Shown: piece after piece, positions 1 through 9,114 of the stretch
How the letters are laid out: each line of letters opens with the position of its first letter
How positions within the stretch are numbered: the first letter of the stretch is position 1
Assembly (NCBI GenBank): GCA_963735035.1
Contig: CAVTJJ010000006.1
Span: forward strand, 96,001 to 160,000
Direction: 5' to 3'
Length of the DNA stretch: 64,000 nucleotides
Source of the DNA: an uncultured candidate division Zixibacteria bacterium
Lineage (GTDB): Bacteria; Zixibacteria; MSB-5A5; GN15; FEB-12
Notes under the pieces: model-generated
What the model saw: only the letters and a program-made list of their open reading frames with translations
Told to the model about the DNA's origin: nothing
The model's database searches: none
Made by a program: the position numbers and the translations under genes

Positions 1-515
1 CATTGCGTGAACTCATGCCGCATCTGGATGCCATCAAGGTCGATCTCAAGTCGATTCGCGAAGCATACTACAAAGATGTCGTCCGTGGCGAACTCAAGCC
101 GGTGCTGGACCGCCTGGTTCAAATGCGTAAAGCCGGCATTTGGCTGGAGCTGGTCAATCTGGTCGTACCAACATTGAATGATACCGATCAGGAATTCACC
201 GAGATGGCTCGCTGGATCAAGACCAATCTGGGAACCGATGTGCCATTGCATTTCTCACGATTTCATCCGCAATATCTGCTCACCGGTCTGCCGATCACTC
301 CGCAAGCGACATTGGAACGGGCGCACCAGATTTGCCGCTCCGAGGGGCTCGAATATGTTTATCTCGGCAATCTGCCGGGCAATCCTGCTGAATCGACATA
401 TTGCCCCAAGTGCGGCGCCGTGCTGATAGAGCGTCGCGGATATCAGGTTCGCAAGCTTGGACTGACAGGCAACCAGTGCACAGCCTGTAAGCACGTCATT
501 CCGGGTCGCTTCTGA
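1..515 (+). CDS. amrS: AmmeMemoRadiSam system radical SAM enzyme, C-terminal part (5' truncated by window)
   Basis: PFL-activase-like C-terminus (VDLKS...ELVNLVVPTLND...PLHFSRFHPQY...YVYLGN) followed by the CPKCG...CTAC zinc-ribbon tail typical of this family. Confidence 0.75.
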   Translation, partial: LRELMPHLDAIKVDLKSIREAYYKDVVRGELKPVLDRLVQMRKAGIWLELVNLVVPTLNDTDQEFTEMARWIKTNLGTDVPLHFSRFHPQYLLTGLPITPQATLERAHQICRSEGLEYVYLGNLPGNPAESTYCPKCGAVLIERRGYQVRKLGLTGNQCTACKHVIPGRF

Positions 516-2662
516 TGAATCGGAACGCATTCCTGCTCGGGTTTCTCGCGACATCGGGTCAGGTCCTGTTACTTCGGGAGATCGTAACAGCTTTCGGGGG
601 GACAGAACTGTTGATCGGCACGGCTCTGTTCGGTTGGCTGGTGTGGGTAGCGCTGGGTGCGCTTATCGGCGGGCGGACCGGTGCCAGAAACAATCCGCAA
701 CTTCTACTCGTGGTGGGAGTGCTGATTCTCCCGCTTTCTTTAGTTGGCATCAGGCTACTGCCTGTACTCGTGACCAGCACGGTGGGGGAGATGGTGCCGA
801 TGACAACCGCCTCGGCTCTGTCGATTCTGGTAGTCGGCCCAGTCGGACTTCTGTCCGGTCTGCTGTTTCCGGCGATTGCGAAAGAGGGGCGTGAAAGCGG
901 CGAGGCGATTGCATCGGTCTATCTGTTCGAAGGCATCGGGGCGTTTGCTGCCGGACTGGTCACCACGGCTCTCATAAGCTTCTCAATCGGTAATCTAGGA
1001 ACGGCTATCATAGCGGGTGCGTTCGTCGGTTTGGTGACGGCGCTGAAATTCTCGAAACATCGTCTGCTGTCGGCAGCAGTGACAGTTGGTCTCGTCGCAA
1101 TTTTGGCCATGACCGGACTTGGGGCGGCGCTCGACCAACTGTGTGACCAATCGCGATATCCGGGCTATCTGGTCGAGCAATCATTTGATACCCCGTATGG
1201 TCATCAGACAATATTGTTACGCGACAGTTCAACAGTCCTCCTGACTGACAACGCCGTCGAAGCCGTCTTTCCTGACCTGGAACGGGCCGAAAACCTGTTG
1301 GTAGCGCCCTTGGCGTACTGCCCGAAAGCGGCGACGGTCTTGTTCATCGGTCGCGCCGAGTTTGGCCTGGAGCAATTGGCGTTGAAGATCCCGAACCTGC
1401 ATCTCAAATCGATAGATCCCCGCGCCCAAATCTATAGTCCCCTGGAATTGACTCAGGCACGGGTCGCTGTTCGAATCCAAGACGACCCGGTAGCATATTT
1501 GAGTCGTTCGTCGGCCGATACTTTCGATATCATCACCATAGGCCTTGGCCGTTTGGATTCGTACCGCACCTCAAGGTTGATCACACCCGAATTCCTGCAG
1601 AAGGTCAAGAAACATCTGAAACCCGACGGCGTCCTGCTGCTGGCCACATCGTTTGATACCGACCGTTATCTGACCGCGGAAACCGGCGCATCCCTTGCAA
1701 TAGTCACCCGCACTGTCGGCGAAGCATTTCCAAAGATGACCGTCTGGCCGGGCAACACGACGCTTGTCTTTGCCTCAGAACAAAATGATTTGGTCCTGGG
1801 CGTAGATTCTATTCAATCGCGGATTGCCCAAGTGACCTATCGTCCGGAATACGTGAGCGAGTTCTATCTGCCGGAACGTCTGGGCGAGCTGAAGCGAGAG
1901 CGTCTCCAGCGCGCGATAGCTGTGTCATCTTCTGACAATCGTGTTGACCGTCCCGTTCTTGCCACTGCCGAGGCCTGGCATCGCGCCCGGGCGAGCGCTT
2001 ATGATCAGAAATTGGCCGACATTGCATATCGGCACACGCTCTGGTTGTTCCTGATCCCCATATCTCTGATTGTGTTCTTTATTTGGTCTGCGCGGGATCG
2101 GACGCAGGGGCGAATCGGATTACTATTCTATTTCATTGCTGGGGTTGTCTCACTCTCTTTGGAATTGATATCGTTCTACTTGTTTCAGTCCATGGCGGGT
2201 TCGCTCTATACTCACCTGGCGGTATTAATTGGAGTCTTCATGCTCGGCCTGGCGGTGGGGACGTGGTTTGGATCGCGGACAGTCGGGCTCGGAATTGGCT
2301 GGTTGTCGCTATCTACTTTGGCGGCGGCGACCGTAATATTCGCACTGACGTGGAGATTGGTTCCCTCGGAGTTGGCACTCGTATACCATACGATGTTTCT
2401 CCTGGTTGTTGCGCTGGCCACCGGGACTCTCTTTGTAGCGGCCACACGTCACTATTACTCAGGATTCACTAGTCGAAGTCGTGGGACAGGGTATGCGGTG
2501 GAGTTGGCCGGTTCGGCATGTGGGGCGCTGCTTACAACGGGCGTGCTCTTGCCAATAATAGGCGTGAACTTGCTCATATGTGCGTTGGCATTGTTGACAA
2601 TTGCAGCGCTGGCGATACATCTTGGACTGGGCAAGACGAACGAAATGTCCAGGAGCGTGTAA
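515..2662 (+). CDS. Fused membrane / spermidine-synthase-like (SAM-methyltransferase fold) protein
   Basis: Two multi-TM blocks (Q.LLLRE...FGG.EL; YLFEGIGA; YAVELAGSACGA) flank a soluble domain with TPYG and FDIIT...FLQKVKKHLKPDGVL; stop/start overlap (TGATG) with upstream gene. Confidence 0.75.
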   Translation: MNRNAFLLGFLATSGQVLLLREIVTAFGGTELLIGTALFGWLVWVALGALIGGRTGARNNPQLLLVVGVLILPLSLVGIRLLPVLVTSTVGEMVPMTTASALSILVVGPVGLLSGLLFPAIAKEGRESGEAIASVYLFEGIGAFAAGLVTTALISFSIGNLGTAIIAGAFVGLVTALKFSKHRLLSAAVTVGLVAILAMTGLGAALDQLCDQSRYPGYLVEQSFDTPYGHQTILLRDSSTVLLTDNAVEAVFPDLERAENLLVAPLAYCPKAATVLFIGRAEFGLEQLALKIPNLHLKSIDPRAQIYSPLELTQARVAVRIQDDPVAYLSRSSADTFDIITIGLGRLDSYRTSRLITPEFLQKVKKHLKPDGVLLLATSFDTDRYLTAETGASLAIVTRTVGEAFPKMTVWPGNTTLVFASEQNDLVLGVDSIQSRIAQVTYRPEYVSEFYLPERLGELKRERLQRAIAVSSSDNRVDRPVLATAEAWHRARASAYDQKLADIAYRHTLWLFLIPISLIVFFIWSARDRTQGRIGLLFYFIAGVVSLSLELISFYLFQSMAGSLYTHLAVLIGVFMLGLAVGTWFGSRTVGLGIGWLSLSTLAAATVIFALTWRLVPSELALVYHTMFLLVVALATGTLFVAATRHYYSGFTSRSRGTGYAVELAGSACGALLTTGVLLPIIGVNLLICALALLTIAALAIHLGLGKTNEMSRSV

Positions 2663-3091
2663 TTGACAAGAGTAGAAGATGAATGCGCTGACGAAGCAGC
2701 GGTCACGAAAGTTATCGAGGCATCAATCGGCTGGGCGCTGACCAAGAACTTCGATCTGCTCTATAGCTCTCTGGCTCAGGATTCCAGACTCTTCATATAT
2801 CATCCCGACAGCGCCGGTACGATCTTAGGTTTCGAGGCCTTCAAGACCTACGCCGAGAGGCTTTTCCGGGGCGATCAATTCAAGGCCACGCGTTTCGAGA
2901 TCAAAGAACTTCGCATCAATATATCGGCCACCGGGGAAACGGCCTGGTACTCCTGTTTGCTGGATGATTTCGGAGAATGGAACGGCCAGCCGGGCGGCTG
3001 GGAAAACTGCCGTTGGACCGGGGTGTTGGAGAAGCGCGACAACAAATGGGTGATCGTCCAGATGCACTTCTCACTTGCGACTGATAAGTAA
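2663..3091 (+). CDS. SnoaL-like / NTF2-family protein
   Basis: AWYSCLLD...RWTGVLEKRDNKWVIVQMHFS C-terminal signature of SnoaL_3-type proteins; TTG start directly after the previous stop. Confidence 0.75.
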   Translation: MTRVEDECADEAAVTKVIEASIGWALTKNFDLLYSSLAQDSRLFIYHPDSAGTILGFEAFKTYAERLFRGDQFKATRFEIKELRINISATGETAWYSCLLDDFGEWNGQPGGWENCRWTGVLEKRDNKWVIVQMHFSLATDK

Positions 3092-3111
3092 CACGTGATG
3101 TTTCACATAAG

Positions 3112-3148
3112 AATGGGCGCCGGCCGGAATCGACAGGCGCCCATTTTC
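3112..3148. terminator. Likely bidirectional intrinsic terminator between convergent genes
   Basis: 10-bp inverted repeat AATGGGCGCC (3112-3121) / GGCGCCCATT (3136-3145) with A/T-rich flanks. Confidence 0.7.
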
Positions 3149-3168
3149 AAATTGAATTAACGAGAATC

Positions 3169-4056
3169 TTAGATGTCCATCTTGCCGGTGTACTTATCGG
3201 TGTGAGCGGGGCTGACACGCAATCTGTGCGCCGTCGCCCAGGCCTGCATCCCACTTTCAGCGTACGGAGCAATATCTTCAGCATAGATATACTGTCCGGC
3301 GCCCTGCAGGAAGTAGTAGGTCCAGGCGCCGTTCTGTAGGTCCGGAGCATCGTAAGAATACGTGCTGTTGGATGCGGTCGCGATGAAGCTTCCCGCGAGT
3401 CCGTCGCCCAGGAAATTACCGATCTTGCAGGCATCCATCGTCACCAGCACCTTTGTGCAGTTGGCGGAATTGATAATCGGCATGATATAGCCGTGAGGGA
3501 TGTAAAACAGATCGGTGCTGATGATCGACGACCCGTCGGTACCGTACTTGTTGCCATGGCCCGAATAGAAGAACGCGATTTCGTCACCCGGGACGGCGGA
3601 GGCCGCCAGCCACTGCAGGCCCGCCACAATCGCGTCGGCTGTGGCCGCACGGTCCACGTCCATTCTGATCGTAAAGCCCTGGCTTTGGAAATAAGCCCTC
3701 ATATCCTGGGCGTCGTCATCGCAGTATTGCAGGTCATTCGCCGTTCCTTCATAGTCAGATATCCCAACGATGTAGACATACTTGTGAGCCGGGTTGGGAT
3801 TCGGATCGGTGTTGCCACCCGGATCCGGCGGTGGCGGCTTGAGCAACTGGAATCTCTGATATTCCTCGGTCGGCTTCAAGACGTGAGCGTCAATCACCGC
3901 CTGTGGGCGGGTATCGATAAATTCAGGTCTCGCCACCAGCGTCATTGACTGGAAGTCCGGGCCGGGCAGGGTTGAGACGGTAGGAGCGTCTTTGCTACAT
4001 CCCGCGGCCAACATGAGCAGTACAACCGCTGAAAACATTAACAAGCGCAATCGCAT
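3169..4056 (-). CDS. Caspase-family (peptidase C14, metacaspase-like) lipoprotein
   Basis: Lipobox LAAGC; Pro-rich linker; VGISDY...DLQYCDDDA, YSGHG (His) and MDAC (Cys) dyad, GAWTYY; RBS AGGAGG upstream. Confidence 0.8.
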   Translation of the reverse strand: MRLRLLMFSAVVLLMLAAGCSKDAPTVSTLPGPDFQSMTLVARPEFIDTRPQAVIDAHVLKPTEEYQRFQLLKPPPPDPGGNTDPNPNPAHKYVYIVGISDYEGTANDLQYCDDDAQDMRAYFQSQGFTIRMDVDRAATADAIVAGLQWLAASAVPGDEIAFFYSGHGNKYGTDGSSIISTDLFYIPHGYIMPIINSANCTKVLVTMDACKIGNFLGDGLAGSFIATASNSTYSYDAPDLQNGAWTYYFLQGAGQYIYAEDIAPYAESGMQAWATAHRLRVSPAHTDKYTGKMDI

Positions 4057-4254
4057 CGTGATACCTCCTTATACTGTACGTTTCGACATTACAACCCGGG
4101 TTCCGGTGAGGCGAAACCGGGATTCTATGCGTTTCACAGTAGCGTTCATCACTTGAGAGAGAACCGCGATGTTCCCGTATGGGCGTCTTCGAGCACAAAC
4201 TAAAGACAGTGGAGAGTCGAGGAGTCCTACCCCGGAGGGCACCGTCGTGAGTAA

Positions 4255-4283
4255 ATAATAATCGCCGCCGGGGCCTAAGGCAA
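4255..4283 (-). promoter_or_regulatory. Putative sigma70 promoter for the caspase lipoprotein
   Basis: Minus strand TTGCCT-N17-TATTAT. Confidence 0.4.
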
Positions 4284-4416
4284 CAAAAAACTCCACGTTT
4301 GACGTGGATGGCAAAGTCCTTGCCGGCTACGTTCGAGTTTCCCTCTAACTCAAACTTTCTTAGGCCGTTGACAGGTCTCCACAGAAACACTTGATTGGAC
4401 TTGTGAGAATCAAGTA

Positions 4417-5544
4417 ATGCACATCCTCGCCCTTGAACCCTACTACGGCGGCAGCCATCGGGCGTTTTTCGACGGCCTGGTGTCGCACAGCCGCCATAAA
4501 TGGACCGTGCTCGGCCTGCCGGCCCACAAATGGAAATGGCGGATGCGACACAGCGCTGTTACTTTCGCCGGGCAGGTTCAGAAGTCAGTTCACGAACGGT
4601 CGCAGTTGGATCTGGTCTTCTGCTCCGATATGCTCAATCTCGCTGAATTCAGGGGACTGGCGCCCGAGTCGATTGGATCTCTGCCTGCCGTTGCATACTT
4701 CCACGAAAATCAACTAACCTATCCCGTGCAGCATGAAGACGCGCGCGATCTGCATTTTGGCATGATCAATTTTACTACCGCTCTGGCGGCCGACCAGGTC
4801 TGGTTCAACTCGGCATTTCATCGCGATACGTTCTTAGGCGCACTCCGAGAGCTGCTTCATCGGATGCCTGATTACAATCACGTCGAGACAGTCGACGTAA
4901 TCGCGCGGAAATCATATGTACATCCTCAGGGGATAGCCGAACCGACCGCCCTCAAGACTCGCCCGAGCGGGCCGCCGCGCATTCTCTGGGTGGCGCGCTG
5001 GGAGCACGACAAGAACCCGGAGCTATTCTTTGAAGCGATGTACCGCCTTCAAGACGAAGAGTGTGACTTTCGTTTGAGTGCAATTGGCGAACAATTCAGT
5101 GACACACCGTCGATATTTGCAGAAGCCCGTACCCGCCTGCAGGAGCGGATCGACCGCTGGGGTTTTCAATCAACTCGCGCCGAGTATGAACTATCGCTGG
5201 CTGAGGCTGACATAGTAGTGTCCACCGCCGATCATGAGTTCTTTGGAGTGAGCGTGGTCGAAGCGGTTGCGGCGGGGGCTTTCCCCCTGTTGCCGAAGCG
5301 ACTGGCCTACCCGGAGATATTCTCAACTGAGGGGAGAGCTGGCGACGAAGATTTCTTCTACGACGGTTCCGTCGACAGCTTGTTGGGTCGATTACGAACG
5401 CTGCTTACTAAGACGGCCACCGGGAATCTGTGGGAGAAGCGTCCTGATCGGCTGAATAACATAGTCGAGAAATACTATTGGAAGAATCTCGCGCCTCAAT
5501 TGGATAAGGCGCTCGACGATCTGGTACGATCCAAACGACAGTGA
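4417..5544 (+). CDS. DUF3524 / GTDC1-like GT-B glycosyltransferase
   Basis: LEPYYGGSH, LPAHKWKWRMRH, YFHENQLTYP, RWEHDKNP, STADHEFFGVSVVEA, PKRLAYPE motifs. Confidence 0.85.
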   Translation: MHILALEPYYGGSHRAFFDGLVSHSRHKWTVLGLPAHKWKWRMRHSAVTFAGQVQKSVHERSQLDLVFCSDMLNLAEFRGLAPESIGSLPAVAYFHENQLTYPVQHEDARDLHFGMINFTTALAADQVWFNSAFHRDTFLGALRELLHRMPDYNHVETVDVIARKSYVHPQGIAEPTALKTRPSGPPRILWVARWEHDKNPELFFEAMYRLQDEECDFRLSAIGEQFSDTPSIFAEARTRLQERIDRWGFQSTRAEYELSLAEADIVVSTADHEFFGVSVVEAVAAGAFPLLPKRLAYPEIFSTEGRAGDEDFFYDGSVDSLLGRLRTLLTKTATGNLWEKRPDRLNNIVEKYYWKNLAPQLDKALDDLVRSKRQ

Positions 5545-5546
5545 GT

Positions 5547-6483
5547 TCAGGCCAGCAGGCAGGCCAGCAGGATCGAGTTTAGTCGGGCGGCTACCGGCTC
5601 CGAAATGAAATTGACCGCTACCGGTACGCGCCCCCCCACTATTACTCCGCCCGATTCACACTCCGCAAATAGCGACATCGCCTGGTACACGCCCTGAGCG
5701 ACATACTTCGTCGAAGCCAATATGGCGTCGGCTTGCCCCGCCACTTTGGAGTTTTGGATTCCCTTTGGATTGGGCCGCGAAATTGTCCACGGCTACGTCG
5801 AATGAAAGCGGCCCGTCCACCCGAACACCTTTCAATTGACCCCGGTCGCACATCTTGGCCAACACGGCGGCATCAGTCGTCGCCGGCATCTGTGGGGAAA
5901 TTACTTCGACCGCAGTCGCAACCGCCGTTCGGGGATCAGCCACTCCAACCGCTCTGGCAACGCGGGACAGGTTGTTCAGCAAGGCAATCTTCGTGGCGAG
6001 GTCCGGCTCATCGTGCACCAGACCGTCGGTAACAAAAAGCAGTTTGGGATAGCGGGCAGCCTTGAGTACTCCGACGTGCGACATCACACTGCCGGTGGGG
6101 ACAAAGGCTTCTTCGACAGCGGTCAAGAGTGTCACCAGGTATTCCGGCGACAACCTACCTTGAACTATCAGGTCGATCTCGTCTGCTTCAGCCATCTTAG
6201 CCGCGATCTTCACCGCCATTTCGGGCTGGTTGATGTCGATAATCTTGATCCGATCAAGATCCATCCCATGCTCAGACGCTGTCGCTCGAAAACGTGCTTC
6301 GCCACCGATTACTATTGGCTCGATCAACCCGAGGGCGATGGCATCCGCGAACGCCGGAAGCGTTGCCGCTTCGTGTGGCACGACCAATGCGGCGCGCGGT
6401 TTTCGCGAGGCTGTCCGCTCGATGACCTGGCGGCGAATCTGATCGAACGAGTGAATCCGGGGGATGTCGATAGAGCTTTCCAT
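5547..6483 (-). CDS. Phosphate butyryl/acetyltransferase-like protein (degenerate paralog); apparent +1 frameshift near 5761
   Basis: PTA/PTB fold (SHVGVL...YPKLLFVTDG...DGPLSFDVAV). Removing one G from AAAGGGAATCC joins ORF 5656-6483 to the C-terminus in ORF 5547-5744 (KGIQNSKVAGQADAIL...GGRVPV...LACLLA). Confidence 0.75.
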
Positions 6484-6486
6484 CGC

Positions 6487-7401
6487 TCAGTTCTCCCGGA
6501 TTCCATTGCGGGTGTAGAAATCGGCGATCAGGCACGCCAGTGCCAGCGACGCCTTCTTGTTACGAACGGTGTCGGTCCTCGACACGATCGATACCGGCAC
6601 CCGCGCGCCGACAATCACTCCGGCAAACACGGCGTCGGCGAAATTGATCAGCGACTTGGCCACGACATTGCATTCTTCGATGGAATCGACCACGTACACA
6701 TCCGTCGCACCCGCCACCGGGCCGGAACGACCGAGCAACTTGGCGGCTCGAGGGGAGACGGCCACCTCGAAACTCATCGGTCCATCGATAACCATATCGG
6801 ACACCCGGCGAGTCGCGTCAGACAGGAAGTGATCGTGATTGACCACCGAAACTGCAACCTTGACCGGCGCGAGTCCGAGCGCGCGACCGACCAGTACGGC
6901 GTTCTCGATGATCTCGATCTTCTGGTCGTCACTCGGTTTGACCACCATACCACCGTCGGTGAAGTTGAGGAGCTTGCCGTATCCAGGAATATCGAGAACG
7001 GCGCAGTGCGAGAGAGTGTTGGTACCCCGAAGTCCGTATTGTTTATCGAGAACGATCTTGAGAATGGCCGAGGTCGGAAGGAAGCCTTTCATCACTATAT
7101 CGGCTTTCCGTTCGGCGGCCATCGCCACCGCCGCATGTGCGGCCTTTGTGACGTCCGGCTGGTTGACAATAGCGAGTCCGCTCAGATCGTAGCAATGTTC
7201 TTCGGCCAGCCCGCGTATTTTCGACTCATCGCCAACTAGCACGGCGTCGAGGAAGCCATCACGCCGTGACTCACACAGAGCTCCGATAACATCGGCGTCC
7301 TGCGCCGCTGCTACCGCTACTCTTTTCGGGCGATCTTCGCGCGCCAACGCGACGGCTTGCTCGAGAAGCTGCTCGTATGAGTGAATCGGTTCGCGGTTCA
7401 T
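6487..7401 (-). CDS. ptb: Phosphate butyryltransferase (branched/aromatic acyl-phosphotransferase)
   Basis: KRVAVAAAQD, ADIVMKG, LSHCAVLDIPGYGKLL.FTDGGM, DGPMSF, GARVPVSIVSRTD; start placed at MNREP (7401). Confidence 0.8.
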   Translation of the reverse strand: MNREPIHSYEQLLEQAVALAREDRPKRVAVAAAQDADVIGALCESRRDGFLDAVLVGDESKIRGLAEEHCYDLSGLAIVNQPDVTKAAHAAVAMAAERKADIVMKGFLPTSAILKIVLDKQYGLRGTNTLSHCAVLDIPGYGKLLNFTDGGMVVKPSDDQKIEIIENAVLVGRALGLAPVKVAVSVVNHDHFLSDATRRVSDMVIDGPMSFEVAVSPRAAKLLGRSGPVAGATDVYVVDSIEECNVVAKSLINFADAVFAGVIVGARVPVSIVSRTDTVRNKKASLALACLIADFYTRNGIREN

Positions 7402-7426
7402 ATCAAAATCGTTCGTGGTCGTTAGA

Positions 7427-8494
7427 CTAGTAGGTCTTGAGTTGTTCTTCGCCGTCAAGATATCGTACACCCGCGGCAGCGAGGGCTTCCATCTCGAATT
7501 CGCCCGGGACAACTACCACGCGCTTCATCCATCCGACCTGCGCGGTGATGCGCTCGACCAGACGCTGCGAATAGGCCATGCCGCCGGTCAGCAAGATCGC
7601 CTCGAAATCTCCCTGTAGCACAGTCGCGGCCGCGCCGATCTCTTTGGCTATCTGGTACGCCATGGCGTCGAAATAGAGCTGGGCTTTGTCATCGCCGGCC
7701 GTAATCATTTCTTCGACCCGGCGCAGATCGGATTCTCCGATATATGCCACCAGGCCGGATTCTTTCGACAGCTTGTCCAGTAGCTCTTTCTTCGTGTACT
7801 TCCCGGAGTAACATAACTCGACCAACGCCCCTATCGGAAGAGCGCCGGCCCGGTCAGGGGAGAAGGGCCCCATGCCGAGCAAGGCGTCGTTCACATCAAC
7901 CACCCGTCCCTCTTTGAGAGCGGCCACCGAAACGCCACCCCCCATGTGAACAGCGACGAAATTGGCACTCTCGAGACTCTTGCCCAGTTTGGTGGCTTCT
8001 CTTCGGGCTACTTCTTTGATATTGAGAGCATGAACGCGACATTTGCGCTCAATTTCCGGGACACCGCTGATACGCGCCAGGTCGGTGAAATTGTCCACCG
8101 TGATCGGATCGGTTATTAGACACGGAACGCCGAAGCGTTGAGCCAGATGATGTGCTATGATAGCGCCAAGATTAGAAGCATGATTGGAGTACCGGGCCGT
8201 CCGGAGATCGTTCAGCATTTGTTCGGTAATTTCGTACGAGCCGCCTTCAAGCGGCCGTAGCGGAGCTCCGCGACCGACTACCGCATTTACTCGCCCTGGT
8301 CGAAGCTGGAGCGATTCAATCCAGCGATTAATCTCCTCCATGCGATAGGCAAATTGATTGGCGACATTATCGAACCGGGTGAGTTCTTTGGGGTCGTGGC
8401 GGACGACTTCTTCTGCAATCTTGTTGATACCGTCAAACAGCGCCGTCTTGGTCGACGTGGAGCCCGGATTTATGATCAACAAGTGCTGCGACAT
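7427..8494 (-). CDS. buk: Butyrate kinase
   Basis: INPGSTSTK, HASNLGA, HALN.KEVAR, HMGGGVSV, GPFSPDRAG, LTGGMAYS, PGEFEMEALA. Confidence 0.93.
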   Translation of the reverse strand: MSQHLLIINPGSTSTKTALFDGINKIAEEVVRHDPKELTRFDNVANQFAYRMEEINRWIESLQLRPGRVNAVVGRGAPLRPLEGGSYEITEQMLNDLRTARYSNHASNLGAIIAHHLAQRFGVPCLITDPITVDNFTDLARISGVPEIERKCRVHALNIKEVARREATKLGKSLESANFVAVHMGGGVSVAALKEGRVVDVNDALLGMGPFSPDRAGALPIGALVELCYSGKYTKKELLDKLSKESGLVAYIGESDLRRVEEMITAGDDKAQLYFDAMAYQIAKEIGAAATVLQGDFEAILLTGGMAYSQRLVERITAQVGWMKRVVVVPGEFEMEALAAAGVRYLDGEEQLKTY

Positions 8495-8496
8495 GG

Positions 8497-9105
8497 TCAC
8501 CTCGCCGCAGTATGTTTCTCCAGCCTGATCTCACGACCCCGCGCAAACGCGGAAAGATTCATATCAACGAACTTGGCCTTGACCCGTTTCCTTATCGCTT
8601 CAGTCCACTGCTCGGGTGTGAAGGGGAGGTGATTCGAGAGCACGCCAATTAATATGGTGTTAACAAGACGTGGATCGCCCAATTCCCGCGCGATCTGATC
8701 CGCCTCGACCGGAATCACCCGCTCCAGTTTCGACTGAAGTTCCGCGACGGCATCTTGAGGATACGAATACTCCTTTGAAGACGTAACAATCGCCGGCACC
8801 AGGCGGGTGCGGGAGACAATCGCTACCCCGTCGCGGCGGAGCCAGTCGATTGCCCGAAGCGCCTCGGCCTGCTCGAATGACATCAGGATATCGGCGCGGC
8901 CATGAAATATCACCGGTGAGTACACTTTGGGTGCAAACTTGACGTGCGACGACACCACGCCACCACGCTGGGACATGCCGTGGACTTCCGATTTCTTGAC
9001 GTCCAGCCCGGCGGCCATAGCGACCTCGGAGATGATTTCCGAAGCAAGTAATACGCCTTGTCCACCGACGCCTACGATGAGAATGTCAAAACTGTTCTTA
9101 TTCAT
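8497..9105 (-). CDS. iorB: Indolepyruvate:ferredoxin oxidoreductase beta subunit
   Basis: GVGGQG, KKSEVHGMSQRGG.V.SHV motif. Confidence 0.92.
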   Translation of the reverse strand: MNKNSFDILIVGVGGQGVLLASEIISEVAMAAGLDVKKSEVHGMSQRGGVVSSHVKFAPKVYSPVIFHGRADILMSFEQAEALRAIDWLRRDGVAIVSRTRLVPAIVTSSKEYSYPQDAVAELQSKLERVIPVEADQIARELGDPRLVNTILIGVLSNHLPFTPEQWTEAIRKRVKAKFVDMNLSAFARGREIRLEKHTAAR

Positions 9106-9114
9106 AGCGGGGCC

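Noticed and set aside
4069..4314. 81-aa ORF upstream of the caspase gene
   Set aside because: No recognisable motif or RBS; it overlaps a terminator-like hairpin and a candidate promoter, so it is more likely non-coding
4272..4380. Possible c-di-GMP-I riboswitch (GGCCTAAG...GTAGCCGG fragments)
   Set aside because: The GGCAAAC...GAAA...GACGCAAAG core is missing; kept only as an unassigned structured element
5755..5770. Programmed ribosomal frameshift in ptb'
   Set aside because: It requires a +1 shift with no recognisable recoding signal, and three similar single-base insertions elsewhere point to sequence error
5836..7239. 467-aa plus-strand ORF, and similar long antisense ORFs (16730-17509, 22046-23041, 23570-24652, 48481-49458, 52648-53436)
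   Set aside because: Antisense shadows of well-supported genes in GC-rich DNA, with no recognisable motifs
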